A stretch of 61,194 nucleotides of DNA from a virus (Duplodnaviria; Caudoviricetes), in IMG/VR virus record IMGVR_UViG_3300025117_000072, positions 1 through 61,194 of that record, one strand, 5' to 3'. The position numbers and the translations under genes were made by a program. Shown in pieces: positions 17,277 through 25,790 of the stretch. The first letter of the stretch is position 1. Each line of letters opens with the position of its first letter. The notes below the pieces were generated by a model. The model was not told the DNA's origin. It searched no databases and saw nothing but the letters and a program-made list of their open reading frames with translations.

Positions 17277-17873
17277 TTACAACTTCACAACATTGAACCT
17301 TCCCAGCCTTGGCCGCTGCTCAAGAAGCCCGACGTAGCTCCCGGAATCCTTCGCAATATCCAGGACCGTAGAGAGGTTTATCACTCCGGTATCCACGTAC
17401 AGGGTGCATTCCAACGACCAATCGTGAAATATCGGCCTTGTCCGAACCACTTGCTGATTTCCGACCTTTACGATTGACGTATGGGCATGATCTTCGAAGA
17501 ATTTGTCCAAGTCAGGGTTTGGTATCTCCCTGCTCTCCTTGACGCTGATCTTTGCTCCCTTGTAGTTAAGGGGATGAAAGTCTTCCGCTACCATAACCCC
17601 GCTTCTGTACAGTTTTCCGTTCTTGTTTCTCTTGGCCCCTTCCCAGAAACATTTGTCTGTGCATTTTGCGGGAATAGCAACAATCCCTTCATGCAAGTAC
17701 AGCCCGGATTCCCATTCCAGCCTTGCGATTTCCCGGTGATCGTCATCGCTCTTTTTCCTCTTTGAGGTCAGAGCCTTCAGCGCCTTGGCGTAGGCATTTA
17801 GCGGATTCGCGGCCTTGTTGTCGTGCATGAGCAACGGACAAGCACCAGTAAGTTTAACTTTCAATTCCTCCAT
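17277..17873 (-). CDS. Stand-alone RAMP/Cas7-like protein (198 aa)
   Basis: LKVKLTGACPLLMH (beta1), VAIPAKCTDKCF, RTRPIFHDWSLECTL, C-terminal Gly loop GSYVGLLEQRPRLGRFNV; RBS AAGGGGGG. Confidence 0.7.
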   Translation of the reverse strand: MEELKVKLTGACPLLMHDNKAANPLNAYAKALKALTSKRKKSDDDHREIARLEWESGLYLHEGIVAIPAKCTDKCFWEGAKRNKNGKLYRSGVMVAEDFHPLNYKGAKISVKESREIPNPDLDKFFEDHAHTSIVKVGNQQVVRTRPIFHDWSLECTLYVDTGVINLSTVLDIAKDSGSYVGLLEQRPRLGRFNVVKL

Positions 17874-17903
17874 ACCATGATTCCCCCCTTCAGAATTTTC
17901 CAC

Positions 17904-17932
17904 ATGGTATAATAAAGGGAATTAAAAGTCAA
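17904..17932 (-). promoter_or_regulatory. Sigma70-type promoter of the RAMP cassette
   Basis: TTGACT-N17-TACCAT, 30 nt upstream of ATG 17873. Confidence 0.7.
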
Positions 17933-17946
17933 TCATAGAATGACGG

Positions 17947-18273
17947 TCACTTCTTTTCCTTCTTGTCGGTAACGGGACGCTCCAACGCATACGGCTCATG
18001 CTTCGGTTGGGGAGGATTCTTTTTGAGTACAAGGCCAAGGTGATCCATTAGGAGCATCACCACTTTTCGTATAGGAACCTCCTCGTAAGAAGGCAACATC
18101 ACGCCTGGCCTTCCACGGGCAAGATTTAGATAGCCCGCTGCATCAGTTGGGAGTGGATTAAAGTCAAAGCAAATGGTCGTTTCGTTACGTAGTTCATTCT
18201 TCAGTTTTTCGTTTTCGTCCCACAGCCGTTCAACCAACTTACTGAGCCTCTGAATCTCTTCTCTCTTATTCAT
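17947..18273 (-). CDS. Hypothetical protein
   Basis: 108 aa, GGAGGGGG RBS. Confidence 0.6.
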   Translation of the reverse strand: MNKREEIQRLSKLVERLWDENEKLKNELRNETTICFDFNPLPTDAAGYLNLARGRPGVMLPSYEEVPIRKVVMLLMDHLGLVLKKNPPQPKHEPYALERPVTDKKEKK

Positions 18274-18287
18274 TGCATCCCCCCTCC

Positions 18288-18316
18288 TTGACTTCCATCC
18301 CGTTTGTGTCTACAAT
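18288..18316 (+). promoter_or_regulatory. Sigma70-type promoter for secreted moron
   Basis: TTGACT-N17-TACAAT. Confidence 0.7.
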
Positions 18317-18347
18317 CCCCTCATCCCACTCTGGAAAGGAGACCGAC

Positions 18348-18641
18348 ATGAAAAAGATCCTCTGCGCCGTCGCCCTTGTCCTGCTTCTCGCTTCCGTCGC
18401 TTCAGCCCAATACCTTCAGTTCCACCCCGTAACGCCCAACAACCCACCCCCCTACCAGCCCTTCAATCAGTACGAGCACCAGCAGGCCGTCCGGCCCTAC
18501 ACCCAAGTTCCAGTCAGGCCCCTTCAGAATCCCTACGACCAGCAGAGGCAGAACATCAGCCCTCTGGGGAGCTACGCCAACCCGTATTACATCGCCCCGG
18601 TAAACCCCCGCTATGACCAGACAGGGAGCAGTTACCGCTAG
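18348..18641 (+). CDS. Secreted Pro/Gln/Tyr-rich small protein (moron)
   Basis: MKKILCAVALVLLLASVASA signal peptide; AAGGAG RBS; repeated (N/P)PY motifs. Confidence 0.7.
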   Translation: MKKILCAVALVLLLASVASAQYLQFHPVTPNNPPPYQPFNQYEHQQAVRPYTQVPVRPLQNPYDQQRQNISPLGSYANPYYIAPVNPRYDQTGSSYR

Positions 18642-19009
18642 TAGCTCTTGCCCCTCGACTTGGCATACTCCTTCATGTCCATGTCCTGGGGCCTCTTCTT
18701 TCCCTCCACCCCGACAGAGGTAATCTGAATCTCCACCCGATGCCGGGTCTTTTCTTTCCCTTCCCCTGTCCCTGACTCCGAGATGGACACCTCCTTCACG
18801 TACCCCACGCCCTGAATCATCACCTGATCTCCTGCGTTCAACTTCTTCAGGGCCTCCACCTTCTCCACCTCATCCTTCCCGAAAGAAAGGCAAAGCCCGT
18901 AGGGATAGCGGTCCTGATCCTCGTAAGCCGCAATCGGCTTCATCTCCGCTTCCATTTCCTTCTTCGTCTTCTTCGGAATCTTCAGGTCAACGAGGTTCAT
19001 CGGTTTCAC
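18638..19009 (-). CDS. Capsid staple/minor head protein-like
   Basis: YPYGLCLSF...VEIQIT motifs. Confidence 0.6.
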   Translation of the reverse strand: MKPMNLVDLKIPKKTKKEMEAEMKPIAAYEDQDRYPYGLCLSFGKDEVEKVEALKKLNAGDQVMIQGVGYVKEVSISESGTGEGKEKTRHRVEIQITSVGVEGKKRPQDMDMKEYAKSRGKSY

Positions 19010-19165
19010 CTTGCAAAATTGGGTTTGTAATTTTCAGAATCCGGTTTAAGAGAAAATATTCTCAGGGGTTACGGCAGCCCCCCCCTAGAGGCAGAACAGA
19101 ATCGCCGTCCATCCCCCCATCCACAGGACCGTTGCCAAGATGTACGGGAGGGTAGACATCCATAC

Positions 19166-19474
19166 CTATTCCCCCAGTTTCAGCCATCCGTTATCTACCA
19201 GAACGGCCATGAAGCCTTCTTCCAACTGCTCGACTTGCTTCTCTTCAAGACCGATTGTCCATGTCTCGGAAACGCAATGGATGACCTCGTGAATCAGGGT
19301 GCCCATGATCTTACTGTCAGCACGTTTGTTCTCGCAGGAATCACCTTCACAAATGCGAATTTCCAGTAGAGAATGGTCGGCTTGCCCCGCATAATCAGCC
19401 CTTTCCTTGAACTTGTAGGGGAAGAGAACCTTGTAGGTGTGAGCGCCGACCTTGACCGTTTGTGGTAACTTCAT
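19166..19474 (-). CDS. Small HExxH metallopeptidase-like protein
   Basis: MKLPQTVKVGAHTYKV...TLIHEVIH...EEKQVEQL. Confidence 0.65.
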   Translation of the reverse strand: MKLPQTVKVGAHTYKVLFPYKFKERADYAGQADHSLLEIRICEGDSCENKRADSKIMGTLIHEVIHCVSETWTIGLEEKQVEQLEEGFMAVLVDNGWLKLGE

Positions 19475-19490
19475 CCCCCCTCCGATTTCT

Positions 19491-19566
19491 TGGAGCCGCA
19501 CGTAGGAATCGAACCCACAACCCGAGGTTTACAAAACCCCCGCTCTGCCAGTTGAGCTAGTGCGAC
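19491..19566 (-). tRNA. tRNA-Thr(UGU)
   Basis: Acceptor GTCGCAC/GTGCGGC, D-arm TAGCTCAACTGGCAGAGC, anticodon loop TTTGTAA, GTTCGATTC T-loop, encoded CCA. Confidence 0.95.
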
Positions 19567-20355
19567 TCCGGTGTTTTTCTCCCTGCTAATTGGAACTAAG
19601 TGGGTTAGATTGTGTTAAAAAGACCAATACTAAAGGCTATCCCGGCCAGCGAGAAAATCACCCCAACGATGGAAATCGCCAACCCCAGTAAGGCAAAAGA
19701 TTCTTCAGACATAAGAAATTCCTCACAGAAGAACGGGGAAAGCAAAGCCCGTGACGGTCAGCACATCAATTCATTGGGCGGCTGTATCCCCAACTCCACC
19801 ATGTTTTTCTCCATGTCGAACCGGAACACACGATGCGTATCCGTCATCGCGTAGAGGAAACCGCCAGCGCTATGTAGACCCACGATTGCACCAGAACCTT
19901 CTGGCAACGAAGCGAAGTGTTCCATGGTCCCCTCCAAAAAGTCAGCCCAGAAAAAGTGTTTCTGTGTAGGAAGAAGGGGGGAAGACAGGGGGGATTTCGT
20001 TACGTCCACCCACCCCCCGGCTTACCCCTCCGATTTTATCCATGCCCCCCGGTCGCCGTCCGGATCGCCTGGCCTGAGTCTGGCCCGGCATTGAGCCTGA
20101 ATCCCCAGGAGGACAGAGACTCAATCCAACCCACTTCAGCACGACGGAATCACAACCCCTGAAATTCCTTGTGTTTTTCCGTTCACAGCTTCCGATAATC
20201 AAGATTATGTAAACCACCCGATTGAGTCATTCCGGGTACTTACCGCTTCCCCGATAATTCCCGAGGCAAAGGAATAAGCAAGAATCAGTCTCAATGTAAA
20301 ACATTAAGCTAGACTCTGTGGGTCTGGAAGGAAAGCCATTTATCATCATTTTGAC

Positions 20356-20781
20356 TCAACCATCTGTCCCACCCTTGCCCAGTTTGCCAAGGATGTCCTC
20401 AAGGGTCTCAGCCGTGACTCCAACCTCAGAACGGGTTGTGTATCCGAAATCACTAGACAATACCAGTCCGGCGATCTTGGGTTCGAGGGCTCCGATCATC
20501 GCCACAGACACGGTGGATTCCTTGACTCTGGCCCTCGCACGTGAAATGATGCCGCAAAATTCCGGCCGTTTTCCGTACTCCTCCAGCGTATCTTCACTGA
20601 TCCGTAGGTGCAGACACAGACCGCATAGGGTTGGAGGAGTGGGGACTTCCATCCTGACAATATCACCTTTGGATACCACTTGCTTTATGAGAATCCGGCT
20701 TTCGCATTTTGCAAAATACTCCTCAACTGCCTGCTCCAGTGCTTCCGGGTCGGTCCAGAGTGGGGGTCTTCCTGCTGGCAT
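20356..20781 (-). CDS. terS: Terminase small subunit (P22 gp3-like)
   Basis: MPAGRPPLWTDPEALEQAVEEYF...PPTLCGLCLHL...TLEEYGKRPEF. Confidence 0.85.
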   Translation of the reverse strand: MPAGRPPLWTDPEALEQAVEEYFAKCESRILIKQVVSKGDIVRMEVPTPPTLCGLCLHLRISEDTLEEYGKRPEFCGIISRARARVKESTVSVAMIGALEPKIAGLVLSSDFGYTTRSEVGVTAETLEDILGKLGKGGTDG

Positions 20782-20851
20782 TATCGAACCTCTGTTTGCC
20801 TCTTTCCGTGGTCCTCCTGGACGCGTGGGTAAAACAGGAGGAGAGAGCTGG

Positions 20852-21325
20852 TTAGTGTTTGGCCTTGCTTGCCTCATCAAACTCAGCCCGATACATCGGA
20901 TCAGTATCGTATCTGAGCCGGTCCAGAGAGGAGAAATCCTGTGTATTAGTTAAATCAGTATTAGTAGTGTCCAGAAATCCGTATTCAGTTTTCTGGATTG
21001 TGGTCAATGGGTTTTCATGAACTAAGTGTTCATGCTTGATATACTTACCCTTTTCGTTTCTGGACGAAATAAGCTCTATGTATCCGGCAGTCGCCAACTC
21101 TTTCAAAGCCGACCTTGTGGCTGATATTCCATCAGCCTTGCGCCTTGCGAGGTCAACGGCGTATATCTGCCAGTCATCAGGTAGAGACAGGATGTAAGCT
21201 AGTAGACCGGTTGCCTTCCAGGTTAGCCGCTTGTCCTGCACTGCTGTCTTGGCAATCTGCGCGTATGGGTTTTCTTTGTTCTTCGCTTTGCGAATGATCG
21301 TTTTTGGATTCATTTGCTCCCCCAA
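20852..21325 (-). CDS. Winged-HTH protein resembling the N-terminus of phage replication initiators
   Basis: NPYAQIAKTAVQDKRLTWKATGLLAYILSLPDDWQI...SALKELATAGYI. Confidence 0.7.
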   Translation of the reverse strand: MGEQMNPKTIIRKAKNKENPYAQIAKTAVQDKRLTWKATGLLAYILSLPDDWQIYAVDLARRKADGISATRSALKELATAGYIELISSRNEKGKYIKHEHLVHENPLTTIQKTEYGFLDTTNTDLTNTQDFSSLDRLRYDTDPMYRAEFDEASKAKH

Positions 21326-21597
21326 ATGATAAGGGCCAGCCCGAAGCAGGGGAGTGCCCCGGAACTGGCCCTGGAATCACATCCTGACACTTGGCCTAGC
21401 ATCAGGAGTGCTTGACTACTTGGTCCTTATCCTCTCTCTTGCGATACCTCGTCACATATCGCAATATCCCCAGTGCAGGAGGATCATTATTGGAGCGCTG
21501 CCGGTTATTGCTCAGATGATATCGGGCGTACTCCATGTCATCTCGTACTAAGAGGGGATGTTTTGGCTGTTTGATGATCTGCATAGGCTCCAGACGC

Positions 21598-21628
21598 AAA
21601 AGCCCCGGCTCCTTTGGGAGTCGAGGCT
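21598..21628 (-). terminator. Putative terminator hairpin
   Basis: AGCCTCGACTCCC-AAA-GGAGCCGGGGCT-TTT. Confidence 0.45.
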
Positions 21629-22031
21629 GAGATGGAAATTTCTGGAGCTTATACTATCAGACTGATTCCAGATGTCAACATTTTTCTTGAATCACCTTTA
21701 TCTGTCTGATTTACCAAAGAATAAAAAATATGAAAATCCGATTCTATCTTCTGCCTATCTTGATATAAGGTATTGTCTCCTGCTTGTTTACACCCTACTG
21801 TAACCTGATTGTTTCACCGCAATTTGTCCTTATCTCACTATTCTTACTTGATATTCCATGATTATATCGTTTTGCATGTCAACTCTCAAGTTACATTGGC
21901 ATACTTTTTGATGCCATTCCTGAAATCACCATTTTTACTTATGTACTTGATGTTATTGAGACAATACGATTCCGTAATTATTGGCATATTGATTGCAATA
22001 TTTACGGGCAAATACGAAGGGGAGGGACAAC

Positions 22032-22250
22032 ATGAAAGCAGAATTCGGGAAGTTCGGTCCGGCACACGATTACAGAGGAGCCTTTGCCAATAAGCCAGAC
22101 GGAACAATAGTACAAATTGCTGATATCTACTACAAAGACCACGGTTGCACCGGCTTTGTTGCTAGACTCCGCCGCAATGATGGTACAGACGCGGGGGAAT
22201 GCTATTTGAGGCAGCTGGAAATAATGAAGATAACCTACAATAACGCCTAA
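22032..22250 (+). CDS. Hypothetical protein, first gene of plus-strand cassette
   Basis: GGAGGG RBS after an AT-rich promoter region. Confidence 0.6.
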   Translation: MKAEFGKFGPAHDYRGAFANKPDGTIVQIADIYYKDHGCTGFVARLRRNDGTDAGECYLRQLEIMKITYNNA

Positions 22251-22266
22251 CCCACACAACCGCCCG

Positions 22267-22488
22267 ATGGGCATGGAGGGGAAAATGGTAAAGCACAGAA
22301 CGGAAATCCAAGACAGACTTACCGGGGAAATTGTATATCGCTCGCGCTATTACCCTACCTACAACCAAGCTGCCGACGCTGCGGAGCGAGCCTGTAAGAG
22401 GCAATGGCGCGGGGATCGCTATCGGATTAAAGAGGGCGAGAGCATCATCGTTAATGACAAATTGTATACCGAGGCTGACAACGCTTAA
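22267..22488 (+). CDS. Hypothetical protein
   Basis: ORF in plus-strand cassette; likely start at MVKHR after GGAGGGG. Confidence 0.55.
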   Translation: MGMEGKMVKHRTEIQDRLTGEIVYRSRYYPTYNQAADAAERACKRQWRGDRYRIKEGESIIVNDKLYTEADNA

Positions 22489-22565
22489 CCCTATCCCCAC
22501 TCCCGACTCCATGAGCCGGGACACGGGAGCGGAGTTGGAGCAAACCACTAAATCAGGAAAGGGGA

Positions 22566-22958
22566 ATGATTATGAATAAAAAAGACCGCATGAGAGAGCA
22601 GATTTTGCAGCACGGATTCAAGCTCAAGAGAATCTTCATCGTGGGCGACCATATCGGCCCGGTTGAACTCGCAAAGAAAGTGCATCGTCTTGAAGCCAAA
22701 GCGCACAGGATTGCTGAGGATTATTGCAATGGGATTATTGACAACGAATTCGAGAGTGACCGGCAAGAACACAGCGTCATGAAATCCCTTGACAAGATCT
22801 TGAACTACAAGGCTCAAGGAATCCCGGTTTTCTTCAATGGCGATCCCCGTGGATACGCTCTCAAGATCAATGATGCCTATGTGAAAGAGCACAACCTGGA
22901 CATCCATCGGGATTGGGGTGGATACGGAATCCTGTCCCCCGAGTTTAACGGCAACTAG
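22566..22958 (+). CDS. Conserved phage hypothetical protein
   Basis: HRIAEDYCNG...NGDPRGYALKI; AAGGGG RBS. Confidence 0.7.
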   Translation: MIMNKKDRMREQILQHGFKLKRIFIVGDHIGPVELAKKVHRLEAKAHRIAEDYCNGIIDNEFESDRQEHSVMKSLDKILNYKAQGIPVFFNGDPRGYALKINDAYVKEHNLDIHRDWGGYGILSPEFNGN

Positions 22959-23009
22959 GTCGAAACCGGCTCCGGCCGGTCCTGGGGTTTTGCCCCGGCT
23001 GATGAGACC
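22958..23009 (+). ncRNA. Hammerhead ribozyme, type II topology
   Basis: GGTC-GAAA-CCGGC(TCCG)GCCGG-TC^-CTGGGG(TTTTG)CCCCGG-CTGATGA-GACC; full catalytic core and three stems. Confidence 0.88.
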
Positions 23010-23026
23010 AAAAGGAGGAAAGGAAA

Positions 23027-23203
23027 ATGCCCACCCTAAGAATGGAGCAAATCAAAATGAGCGGAGACCGGAAAACCACAATCCAGTTACCCGAGGAACT
23101 GCGTAGATGGCTCAAAACCCACGCAGCGCAGACCGACACCACAATGGCCGAAATCATCATCCGGGTACTCAGGGAGTACCAGGCGCAGGAAGGGAGGAAG
23201 TAA
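23027..23203 (+). CDS. Ribbon-helix-helix (CopG/Arc-like) regulator (58 aa; not in the ORF track)
   Basis: KTTIQLPEELRRWLKTHAAQTDTTMAEIIIRVLREY; AGGAGG RBS. Confidence 0.75.
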   Translation: MPTLRMEQIKMSGDRKTTIQLPEELRRWLKTHAAQTDTTMAEIIIRVLREYQAQEGRK

Positions 23204-23204
23204 T

Positions 23205-23687
23205 ATGTGTTGCTGCATTAAGCCTACAAAGAACGGTGAACCTGGATACCTATGGAGCAGCGTAGGAATGGAAGGGATACACCCTGTAAATCCACCCGCC
23301 ATTGAAGACGGAGATACGGTCCTTTTCGATGAGCCGGGAAGATGCGGCGGCATTGATTCACACTGCCACCATTACCGTGTCATCAAGGGGAAATTTGGAG
23401 GATTGCAGTTGTTGGTACGGCATGGCGGTGGAGATGAGCGAATCCCCTACATCTCGAATGGTAAAGCGTTTACGGCTGCACTCGAAACCCTGGATTCTGA
23501 TGGTAGGTATTGGGTACTCAATGCAATGTATCACGCTCAGTCAAAGGCAAAACGAGAAGGCGTAGAGGCAGAAGGCAATAGATGGCGAAACGCGGCGGCG
23601 GAAAAGAGAATCAAAACGCGTAAGATTCCATCACAGGGAATTGTGAGAGTCTGGATGGAAGCGAAGGAAGGGAGGGAAGGGAGATGA
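23205..23687 (+). CDS. Hypothetical protein
   Basis: 160 aa, GGGAGG RBS. Confidence 0.65.
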   Translation: MCCCIKPTKNGEPGYLWSSVGMEGIHPVNPPAIEDGDTVLFDEPGRCGGIDSHCHHYRVIKGKFGGLQLLVRHGGGDERIPYISNGKAFTAALETLDSDGRYWVLNAMYHAQSKAKREGVEAEGNRWRNAAAEKRIKTRKIPSQGIVRVWMEAKEGREGR

Positions 23688-23983
23688 AGCATACACCGGG
23701 ACCATGGGAAGTATTGGATGGAGCGATTGTTTCTAAACAGGTAAACGCTTACGGTAATTTTATCGTTGTGAACTGCGAGCGCGAACGCACCGAAGAGGAT
23801 GCTGCCAATCTGGACCTGATCGCTGCCGCGCCTGAACTGGCCGAAATGGGTAGCCTCCTGCTCAGAACGGTTTGGGATACACTTCGGCATGGTTTGACGG
23901 ATGGACAAAGGGAATCACTTGAGGCCGTGGGAAAAGAGTTTGCCAGCATCTTAGCCAAGGCAGAAGGGAGGGAAGGCAAATAA
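23684..23983 (+). CDS. Phage hypothetical (HTPGPW...LIAAAP family)
   Basis: MKHTPGPW and ANLDLIAAAPEL motifs. Confidence 0.7.
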   Translation: MKHTPGPWEVLDGAIVSKQVNAYGNFIVVNCERERTEEDAANLDLIAAAPELAEMGSLLLRTVWDTLRHGLTDGQRESLEAVGKEFASILAKAEGREGK

Positions 23984-24004
23984 CCGCCCTCCACCTAAAC
24001 TATC

Positions 24005-24028
24005 AACCCGGTTTGCGCCGGGTTTTTT
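24005..24028 (+). terminator. Rho-independent terminator of plus-strand cassette
   Basis: AACCCGG-TTTGCG-CCGGGTT-TTTT. Confidence 0.8.
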
Positions 24029-24124
24029 ATTGCCCAAATACCAAAAAGCCTGTAGCTCGCTGTTTTCAATACCCACCCCTAGACAAAACAGACACTTACG
24101 GTTTTCCCGTTTTCGTGGGGAATA

Positions 24125-24553
24125 CTACGCCTCACGCACACCCCCTATCTGTAGTGTGGCGATACCGTCCCTTGTGTCGGTTGGGCACGTTTCACCACTC
24201 TCCTTTGTGCTTTTTTCCCACTCCCGCGCCATCCTCCATTTCCGGCCCGCCTGCTTGAGATCTTGGCAAACGCTCATCGGCATTCTGGCTATGCCCGCCT
24301 GGAGCCAGTCTAGTACCGCCTCTGGGTCGTGGAACAACTGATTGATATTGGCCGACCGTACCGCCTGCCTCTCGCTGCTTCCGATATCCAGGCTGCCGAG
24401 TATGGCACCGGGGTCCAGGCTGCGGGGAGTGCGGCCACTCAGCGCCCACTCTTCGACTGCTAAAATCCATGCACCCATGTTAAATGGGCACGTCCGCTCG
24501 TTGTGCTCGTAGCATCTCAGCCGTGGATTCCAGGGACATTTAATCCATTTCAA
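24125..24553 (-). CDS. Hypothetical protein at the end of the replication operon
   Basis: Overlaps stop of RuvC-like gene; position often held by late regulators. Confidence 0.45.
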   Translation of the reverse strand: MKWIKCPWNPRLRCYEHNERTCPFNMGAWILAVEEWALSGRTPRSLDPGAILGSLDIGSSERQAVRSANINQLFHDPEAVLDWLQAGIARMPMSVCQDLKQAGRKWRMAREWEKSTKESGETCPTDTRDGIATLQIGGVREA

Positions 24554-25050
24554 TGTTGGCCTCCATTATGTTGGTCGTACCACGTCACAGCGAGAGCAAG
24601 AGCAGCCCAAATGTCTTTTGATACTCCATACAGAATACCCGGATTTGCTTTCTTCCCCGGCTCACCAAACCGGTCGATCAGCGCAGCCCGAATATTGGAA
24701 TCCTTGGCCCTCATGGAATGGCAGAGATACATCTTGACATCCTTGCGGGGCATCCGATCAAAAAAGCCCTGATTCCCCCATGCCTCACAAAACCGACCAG
24801 ACCAGAAAACCGTATCGAATATGGAGTCGGATACAGCCATGCCGTAGGATTTGATCTGCTCAATAATACAGACATTGGCACCAGTGTCTTCCGCATGTCG
24901 GCAGACAGTAAGAACAGCGTCATTGCTCAGTTTTGCCTTACCGATAATCTCTTTCCCGTCCCAAATGACAAACGCCGATTCAACCGGCCCTGGATCTATT
25001 GCGAGTACGTTCATTTTCCCCTCCTGCTTTGTCACGTCGGCTTCGTTCAT
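24550..25050 (-). CDS. RuvC-like Holliday junction resolvase
   Basis: VLAIDPG, IIEQ, DIWAALALA acidic triad. Confidence 0.8.
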   Translation of the reverse strand: MNEADVTKQEGKMNVLAIDPGPVESAFVIWDGKEIIGKAKLSNDAVLTVCRHAEDTGANVCIIEQIKSYGMAVSDSIFDTVFWSGRFCEAWGNQGFFDRMPRKDVKMYLCHSMRAKDSNIRAALIDRFGEPGKKANPGILYGVSKDIWAALALAVTWYDQHNGGQH

Positions 25051-25790
25051 TGCTCAATCCTCTTCTCGAGTAGTGAATAGAATTTCTCCCTCTTCATGAC
25101 CCATGAGATTTGCGCTTTCCATCCCCGGTCGTTCTCCCCTAGATAAAATGGGAGTTGGCCGATCTTTGTGAAAAACTTTCTCCACCATTCCAAGTCCTGC
25201 CGTTTTTCATCCTCATGCCATCGCGCTTTACATTGGACATACCACGCCTCATTCTTCGGATGAGGTCTTGGAAGCATCGGTAGAATCTCAATCCAAAGCT
25301 CACGAATTTTCGAATAGGGAATAGCGCCATTTTTGCTTTCGGCTATTTCAGAACTTTGGGGGGATATAGGGGGTAATAAAGAAGAAGAAGATGAAGAGCT
25401 ACCTTCCGGCTGTAGCGTGGGCTTAGCCGTGGCTATAGCCGTGGCTATAGTTTTTCCCCACCTTTGTTCTGCCCTCCTTTTACCTTTTTGTCTTTGCTTT
25501 TCACGGTATTGCCTCTGTTTTTCCCGTGTCTCTTCAAGCCTCAAATTTATCAATCCTGTGCCGTCTTCCGTATGCACGAATTTGCTGCTCACCTGTTGCC
25601 AGCATTTTGAGAACATACGGTATTCACATCCCCCGATCCTTGCGAGCCTTAATTTATCGGTTGGAAGAGGTCCATTTGCCCACTCAGAATAGAGCAGTCG
25701 GCAGTACAAACCCATCTCGGCAAGTGTCCATGATGCCGTGTCAACCAAGAACTCACCTGCATAAAGTTGGAATGCTGGCGCTTCGCTCAT
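25047..25790 (-). CDS. YdaU/DUF1376-family replication initiator
   Basis: PAFQLYAGEFLVDT...EMGLYCRLL..W..GPLP; C-terminal FYLGENDRGWKA; internal iteron-like repeats. Confidence 0.82.
   Translation of the reverse strand: MSEAPAFQLYAGEFLVDTASWTLAEMGLYCRLLYSEWANGPLPTDKLRLARIGGCEYRMFSKCWQQVSSKFVHTEDGTGLINLRLEETREKQRQYREKQRQKGKRRAEQRWGKTIATAIATAKPTLQPEGSSSSSSSLLPPISPQSSEIAESKNGAIPYSKIRELWIEILPMLPRPHPKNEAWYVQCKARWHEDEKRQDLEWWRKFFTKIGQLPFYLGENDRGWKAQISWVMKREKFYSLLEKRIEQ
25413..25447. repeat. Iteron-like repeats (candidate origin) within initiator gene
   Basis: TAGCCGTGGCTA twice in tandem plus a degenerate copy. Confidence 0.45.

Noticed and set aside
17019-17337. Short ORFs and the N-terminal extension (17183 start) running through pentamer array 1
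   Set aside because: They are translations of the 5-nt repeat; the accessory gene has a strong RBS and ATG at 17114.
19491-19566. tRNA-Thr as attP
   Set aside because: It is a full-length tRNA about 10 kb from the integrase with no duplicated fragment; nothing in the sequence supports att use.
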